30,952 nucleotides of DNA from a virus (taxonomy: Duplodnaviria; Caudoviricetes): the IMG/VR virus record IMGVR_UViG_3300007513_000131, positions 1 to 30,952 of that record; one strand, 5' to 3'. Under the pieces are notes generated by a model. It was not told the origin of the DNA, ran no database searches, and saw only the letters and a program-made list of their open reading frames with translations. Of the stretch, positions 27,128-30,952 are shown in pieces (position 1 is the stretch's first letter; every line of letters begins with the position of its first letter). A program made the translations under genes and the position numbers.

Positions 27128-27921
27128 TTGTCCTCCTTTGGAACCAGTACTGATGGGAATACACTAGGCTCTGCTAACTCTGGTTTATTGTGTAATTTCT
27201 TTTGGCCTTTCATATGTATTAAAAACTCTGACAGTGGAGATGTTGGTACTGGGTCTTTAGTATTCATTCCTTTATGATACTTCATTAAGTCCATTTGTTT
27301 ACAATACTTAAATGAATCTCTTCCTATTGCCATTGTATATTGATCTGCTTGTTGGTTGTCATACCCCCATAACTCTCCACTAATATAAATCTCTTCTAAT
27401 CTATTTGCCCATTTCTTTGCTTCTGGGTGCTTTGGGTTATGCATATAAAATCCGGTTTCATCTCTCATTTTTGGCCTGTCAAAAAATGTACACAATGAAT
27501 CGGCTGGACAAATTTCTCTAAGATAATCTAAATTAGGTTTGGCTGTATACAATGTATCTGCATCTGAATATAATATAACATCTGCGTTAGAATTTTTTAC
27601 CCTGTGTGTTTGTGCAAAAACTTTATGTGAAAACTTAACACCGTTGTTTTTCCATACGTACTTTTGTCTATCCTCTCGCCAACCATGTTTTACAGGATCG
27701 TCTTTCCATTTGTCTACAAATTCTTTTAGTTGAGGTTGTGCTTTATACAGTTCATGGTAAACAATATTATCTTGGAATATCTCTGGTTCTTGCTCTTGCC
27801 AATATGCATGAAGTATACAGTCTTTTGGCCAATACTTAACAAACGACTCTATCATGTTCTTGGCACATAGATCATAATATCCTTTATTATAAGTTGTGCA
27901 AATTTCTACAGTTCTTGACAT
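27124..27921 (-). CDS. Glycosyltransferase-like protein, paralogue 3
   Basis: KFSHKVFA...YSDAD...DRP...ETGF...HMKG; start at ATG 27921 (MSRTVEICTTY) aligns with the paralogue N-termini. Confidence 0.7.
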   Translation of the reverse strand: MSRTVEICTTYNKGYYDLCAKNMIESFVKYWPKDCILHAYWQEQEPEIFQDNIVYHELYKAQPQLKEFVDKWKDDPVKHGWREDRQKYVWKNNGVKFSHKVFAQTHRVKNSNADVILYSDADTLYTAKPNLDYLREICPADSLCTFFDRPKMRDETGFYMHNPKHPEAKKWANRLEEIYISGELWGYDNQQADQYTMAIGRDSFKYCKQMDLMKYHKGMNTKDPVPTSPLSEFLIHMKGQKKLHNKPELAEPSVFPSVLVPKEDK

Positions 27922-27945
27922 ATTGTAATTTAGCAGGTTTGGTGT

Positions 27946-28007
27946 TGGCTGTCTACCTTTTACACCCGGGCACCTCTGTAGAAGATACCCAGGGGGGTCT
28001 ACAGCCA
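27946..28007 (-). ncRNA. GC-rich structured hairpin element in the operon leader
   Basis: TGGCTGT/ACAGCCA outer stem, ACC/GGT, and a 12-bp inner stem CCTGGGTATCTT/GAGGTGCCCGGG with G-U pairs. Confidence 0.55.
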
Positions 28008-28015
28008 CTTAATTT

Positions 28016-28113
28016 ATGCTTACCTATTCTTGCACACAGGAGTTGCCCTTTACGGCCATGTTGCTTCGGACTCTCGCCTTCACAACAGGTGTCTATACTT
28101 CCACCATAAGCAC
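28016..28113 (-). ncRNA. tRNA-like RNA with extended anticodon arm and no canonical anticodon loop
   Basis: GTGCTTA/TAAGCAT acceptor stem, GTG/CAC D-stem, TGTTG/CAACA stem, long variable arm, CCTGT/ATAGG T-stem; begins 7 nt after a consensus -10. Confidence 0.7.
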
Positions 28114-28120
28114 ACTAGTA

Positions 28121-28149
28121 ATTATATGATCTTATAATGATTTAGTCAA
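28121..28149 (-). promoter_or_regulatory. Sigma70-type promoter driving the tRNA-like RNA
   Basis: TTGACT-N17-TATAAT with an overlapping TAATTA late-type motif (28119-28124). Confidence 0.8.
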
Positions 28150-28173
28150 GCAAAACCAAATAACTATACATAT

Positions 28174-28446
28174 ATGACGTCACAAGTTCCTAAACGCACA
28201 CGACAAATACAAAGGCATTACCTCGATAAAAAACAAGCAGAGAAGCATTGTATAGATATAGAACAATACTTTGAGCAGGAACTCCGAAGTTATATGAAAT
28301 ATGCTGTTAATGTAATACTACAAGGATCTATACTAACTCATAGACAACGTGTAGATTTTATAAGAGGATGGATGCGTTCTTGGTTATCTGATGATAAGTT
28401 ACACAAACGATTGCACAAACATAAGAATTCGTCTAGGCCTACTTAA
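28174..28446 (+). CDS. Hypothetical protein
   Basis: 90-aa ORF 7 nt after TAACTA. Confidence 0.65.
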   Translation: MTSQVPKRTRQIQRHYLDKKQAEKHCIDIEQYFEQELRSYMKYAVNVILQGSILTHRQRVDFIRGWMRSWLSDDKLHKRLHKHKNSSRPT

Positions 28447-28639
28447 GAAGGTCAACGTTGTCTAGTTCACACACACCCCATATATGATCACCATGGGGAA
28501 CATCGTTGAAATTTTTAGCATACTGTTCGCATATCTCTTGGCTCTCAAAATGCATACGATGCCATCCATCATAGTTCAATGATTCTGCTGTATGCCATCC
28601 ACCATTTACTAAAAAATATACTACTAACGCCCATTTCAT
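28439..28639 (-). CDS. Small protein with FxSxExC...C pattern
   Basis: 66 aa; ATG 6 nt after TAAATA. Confidence 0.7.
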   Translation of the reverse strand: MKWALVVYFLVNGGWHTAESLNYDGWHRMHFESQEICEQYAKNFNDVPHGDHIWGVCELDNVDLLK

Positions 28640-28683
28640 ATTTGTTATTTAGAATATTTCGACTATGTATTAAATACTAGGTT

Positions 28684-28863
28684 ATGGAAATAGTAGATAC
28701 CAATTTTGTGTATGCTTTTATAGTAGCATGGAATGACGTTTCTCGTGGTGTATTCCTCACTGAATACTTTGCTAGTTTAGACGAATGTATGTCATATTTG
28801 CAATCATGGATCCATGATCCCACTCAAGTTAATCTAGAGTGTATCCAATTAATTTCCGATTAG
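28684..28863 (+). CDS. Small protein with FASLDEC...C pattern (59 aa)
   Basis: ATG 7 nt after TAAATA (28671-28676). Confidence 0.65.
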   Translation: MEIVDTNFVYAFIVAWNDVSRGVFLTEYFASLDECMSYLQSWIHDPTQVNLECIQLISD

Positions 28864-29118
28864 AGCGGCTATTATTATTAATGCTAGTGCATAATACGGA
28901 TAGTACGACTTAATGTGACGCCACCATGTTTTACGAGTAAAAATTTTTTCCTGTGCAAAAATTTTAGATTTAGAAAACACGGTACCCACATCAGTTTCTA
29001 TATTCCATAGTTGTGAGTCTCTTCGCCATGGTTTGAGATCAAATATAATATAAAAGAAAACACCGCCTATAAAACAAATGAATAGAAAACCAAATATTAC
29101 TTTAAGTATAGTAATCAT
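28849..29118 (-). CDS. Two-TM membrane protein (89 aa)
   Basis: Start at the ATGA overlap with the upstream micro-gene; hydrophobic helices at both ends. Confidence 0.7.
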   Translation of the reverse strand: MITILKVIFGFLFICFIGGVFFYIIFDLKPWRRDSQLWNIETDVGTVFSKSKIFAQEKIFTRKTWWRHIKSYYPYYALALIIIAALIGN

Positions 29119-29240
29119 GACTGGAATACTAGATGTCCTTTCCACCATGCTAACAAAAGTGATGTGCTAGTTATTATTACCCAAAACCATACGAAGTCCC
29201 ATAGTGTAGGACCTTTATCTTTATTTCCTTTAAAAGGCAT
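29115..29240 (-). CDS. 41-aa single-TM micro-protein
   Basis: MPFKGNKDKGPTLWDFVWFWVIITSTSLLLAWWKGHLVFQS; TAATG and ATGA coupling. Confidence 0.65.
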   Translation of the reverse strand: MPFKGNKDKGPTLWDFVWFWVIITSTSLLLAWWKGHLVFQS

Positions 29241-29326
29241 TATACAGGTACTCCCTTCATATAAAGCATAGCCAGGAACATTACAAAACAAACCAATAAA
29301 AGTGCTGTTATTATATAAAATTTCAT
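29240..29326 (-). CDS. 28-aa single-TM micro-protein
   Basis: MKFYIITALLLVCFVMFLAMLYMKGVPV; coupled at both ends. Confidence 0.65.
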   Translation of the reverse strand: MKFYIITALLLVCFVMFLAMLYMKGVPV

Positions 29327-29397
29327 TGTACCTTCCATATTACCCATATACAGTATGGTATTGCTATTGAATAGTAGATAATAAACAGCCATTCCAT
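29323..29397 (-). CDS. 24-aa single-TM micro-protein
   Basis: MEWLFIIYYSIAIPYCIWVIWKVQ; coupled at both ends. Confidence 0.6.
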   Translation of the reverse strand: MEWLFIIYYSIAIPYCIWVIWKVQ

Positions 29398-29492
29398 TAT
29401 CTAGTTGCCCACCACATTAATCCTATTATTACAATAGCAACACCAAAATATAGCAATATAAAGAACAGTGTAACGTTGGGCTCTCCATGCAT
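29397..29492 (-). CDS. 31-aa single-TM micro-protein
   Basis: MHGEPNVTLFFILLYFGVAIVIIGLMWWATR; TAATG coupling at both ends. Confidence 0.65.
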   Translation of the reverse strand: MHGEPNVTLFFILLYFGVAIVIIGLMWWATR

Positions 29493-29596
29493 TATAGATA
29501 TACCCTATACAAGACATTCCATGTTAGTTGAAATATTATAAGCAGTGCTAATGTAATCAAAGCACCTAGAATTATGTAGGTAATCCATTGTTTCAT
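29492..29596 (-). CDS. 34-aa single-TM micro-protein
   Basis: MKQWITYIILGALITLALLIIFQLTWNVLYRVYL; ATG 7 nt after TAAGTA. Confidence 0.65.
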   Translation of the reverse strand: MKQWITYIILGALITLALLIIFQLTWNVLYRVYL

Positions 29597-29657
29597 ATAA
29601 TAGTACTTATTGGCTATTGATGTGCTATATACGTGTACACAGAGAGGAGACACACAC

Positions 29658-29879
29658 ATGACAACAAACAAAAATGGCTTTGAAATCAGAGCCGATATCT
29701 TAAAACTAGCACAAGATCATCTTCAAACAGAGTTTAGTTATGCCCAAAGTCAATACGATCAAAGCATAACACAACCTGATTGGAAAGGTGGTACTGTGGC
29801 TAAACCTGTATATCCATGTACAAACGATGTAATCGAATGTGCTAAAGCGATGTATAACTTTGTAAACTCAAAAGTATAA
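29658..29879 (+). CDS. Small hypothetical phage protein (73 aa)
   Basis: GAGGAG SD before ATG 29658; NGFEIRADILKLAQD...YP...VI..A..MYNFV. Confidence 0.8.
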   Translation: MTTNKNGFEIRADILKLAQDHLQTEFSYAQSQYDQSITQPDWKGGTVAKPVYPCTNDVIECAKAMYNFVNSKV

Positions 29880-29887
29880 GCAATAAT

Positions 29888-29936
29888 CATAGCGGCCTGG
29901 GTATAGTAACCTTTTTGGCCGCTGTGCATTTTTTTT
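29888..29936 (+). terminator. Intrinsic terminator
   Basis: CATAGCGGCC/GGCCGCTGTG stem followed by a T8 run just after the stop at 29879. Confidence 0.7.
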
Positions 29937-30130
29937 ATATTGGGGGTATTTTATAGGCCACCTGGTGATTTTTAGACCATGGGGTTGCCATTTTACCAAA
30001 TTTATCTTTCAAAAAAATTGCTATGCGACCACCCCTTCAATAAAAAAGATTTTTCTACCACCCCACCCTTCAAACCACATCTGATGGTGTCAAGTGTAAT
30101 GACAGCCCAATCATTACACTACAACTCCTA

Positions 30131-30158
30131 TTGACTCTTACTGCTTCTATGCTATTAT
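30131..30158 (+). promoter_or_regulatory. Sigma70-type early promoter with extended -10
   Basis: TTGACT-N16-TATTAT with TG-n before the -10; AAAGGAG SD downstream. Confidence 0.7.
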
Positions 30159-30181
30159 TAAACTATAACGAAAGGAGTTGA

Positions 30182-30379
30182 ATGCCAAACATATCATCAC
30201 AACAAGTAGCCTATCTAAAAAGCCTAGTCAAGTATAAGTCATACTCAGTACATCACAAGTATCACTCGCCTGCTCATATCAAGTTCAAGTCATATGCTAA
30301 AGCCAAAGCCTATTGCATAAAGCACAATCTTGACTATAAATCAAGTTGGGTCCTTACTACTGTCAATCACTGTATATAA
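30182..30379 (+). CDS. Small basic His/Tyr/Lys-rich protein (probably early)
   Basis: Strong SD and its own promoter; followed by a 17-bp hairpin (30391-30429). Confidence 0.8.
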   Translation: MPNISSQQVAYLKSLVKYKSYSVHHKYHSPAHIKFKSYAKAKAYCIKHNLDYKSSWVLTTVNHCI

Positions 30380-30582
30380 TAACCCAACATATGTATAACA
30401 CATTATATTCATTATAGTGTGTTATATGTCATTAGTGCCGGAGGCCGATGTGGTAATCGTATTGCTCGGGCGGGGTAAACTCAGATTGGCTATGTGGTTA
30501 TTGCATGATCGACTTACTTCATAAGTCAGGCCTTCTCTTCGTTCATGCCATATACACATAGAACTCTATACTATATAGGGGA

Positions 30583-30738
30583 TTACCAATCCTTACCATA
30601 CCAACCCAGCGTCCTACCAATCTCTACCAGCGTAGAAGGGTACCCATCGACCAAACCAAATACACCAAGTTAGAACACACCGGAAGCAGACATCAATAGG
30701 TCTCCATATTACCAACGCTTACCATTCCTTACCATCTC
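30583..30738 (+). repeat. Degenerate 10-bp tandem repeats with TACCA core
   Basis: TACCA at 30584, 30594, 30599, 30615, 30625 and at 30710, 30720, 30730. Confidence 0.7.
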
Positions 30739-30952
30739 CGATAGCGTACCGACGGTATGGCATATTGTTCCAGATCGTACTCCGTCTCAACCATTCGCAC
30801 GGTGGTCATATGGGCAGGATAGGATAAGCGAAACAAAGTATTACCAAATAAAAATAGTTAGGATGGCCGGTGTAGCTAAAATACGATATGCTTTTATTCC
30901 ACCATACGACAACAATAGATATATAATGTTATGCCTACCGAGAGAGAACGAG

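Noticed and set aside
27922-28008. 29-aa N-terminal extension of the GT-like ORF from GTG 28008
   Set aside because: The paralogues begin at the position equivalent to ATG 27921, and the extension coincides with a structured RNA element.
209-28109. Numerous 60-140 aa ORFs antisense to or nested in long genes (e.g. 209-520, 6453-6725, 22863-23246, 25980-26408)
   Set aside because: They lie opposite well-supported genes, lack start signals and have shadow-frame composition.
28016-28113. Reading the tRNA-like element as tmRNA, tRNA-Sec or a standard tRNA-Leu/Ser
   Set aside because: It has no tag reading frame or Ala G3:U70 identity, no UCA anticodon or long Sec D-stem, and no 7-nt anticodon loop.
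28849-29596. Stop-codon reassignment or a frameshifted pseudogene as the explanation for the micro-ORF chain
   Set aside because: The ORFs change frame at each TAATG/ATGA overlap and end mostly in TAA; long conserved genes elsewhere are intact under the standard code.
30065-30093. Minus-strand TTGACA at 30093-30088 as a divergent promoter
   Set aside because: There is no plausible -10 hexamer at 16-18 nt spacing.
20228-30738. CRISPR array interpretation of the short repeats at 20.2 kb and 30.6 kb
   Set aside because: The repeat cores are 5-10 bp with no 25-40 bp repeat/spacer structure, and no cas genes are present.

Overview
A very AT-rich, gene-dense segment of a large tailed dsDNA phage, probably aquatic; a low-GC alphaproteobacterial (SAR11-like) host is inference only. 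From 1 to 7.5 kb is a replication module: UvsW-like SF2 helicase (5'-truncated), a possible gp62-like clamp-loader subunit, a Zn-finger protein, a 196-aa miniature DnaE-type polymerase core, primase and DnaB/gp41-type helicase. From 7.6 to 28 kb are accessory genes: three radical SAM enzymes, SDR, sulfotransferase-like and SGNH-like proteins, nucleotide-sugar enzymes (UDP-sugar dehydrogenase, two epimerases, ColD-type dehydratase), three paralogous glycosyltransferase-like genes, three tRNAs (Asp, Ala, Thr), type II glutamine synthetase, ClpP and a divergent ribosomal protein bL33. Many genes under 60 aa are missing from the ORF track. Best leads: (1) a tRNA-like RNA with its own promoter and no anticodon loop (28016-28113), followed by a switch-like hairpin in front of the glycosylation operon; (2) the mini-DnaE; (3) an operon of five amphipathic, mostly cationic peptides (18.0-18.85 kb); (4) a chain of six translationally coupled membrane proteins, five of them 24-41 aa (28.85-29.6 kb); (5) non-coding repeat arrays at 20.2 kb and 30.6 kb; (6) promoters placed 5-9 nt before start codons, implying leaderless transcription. 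All calls come from reading motifs by eye; no database search or folding program was run.
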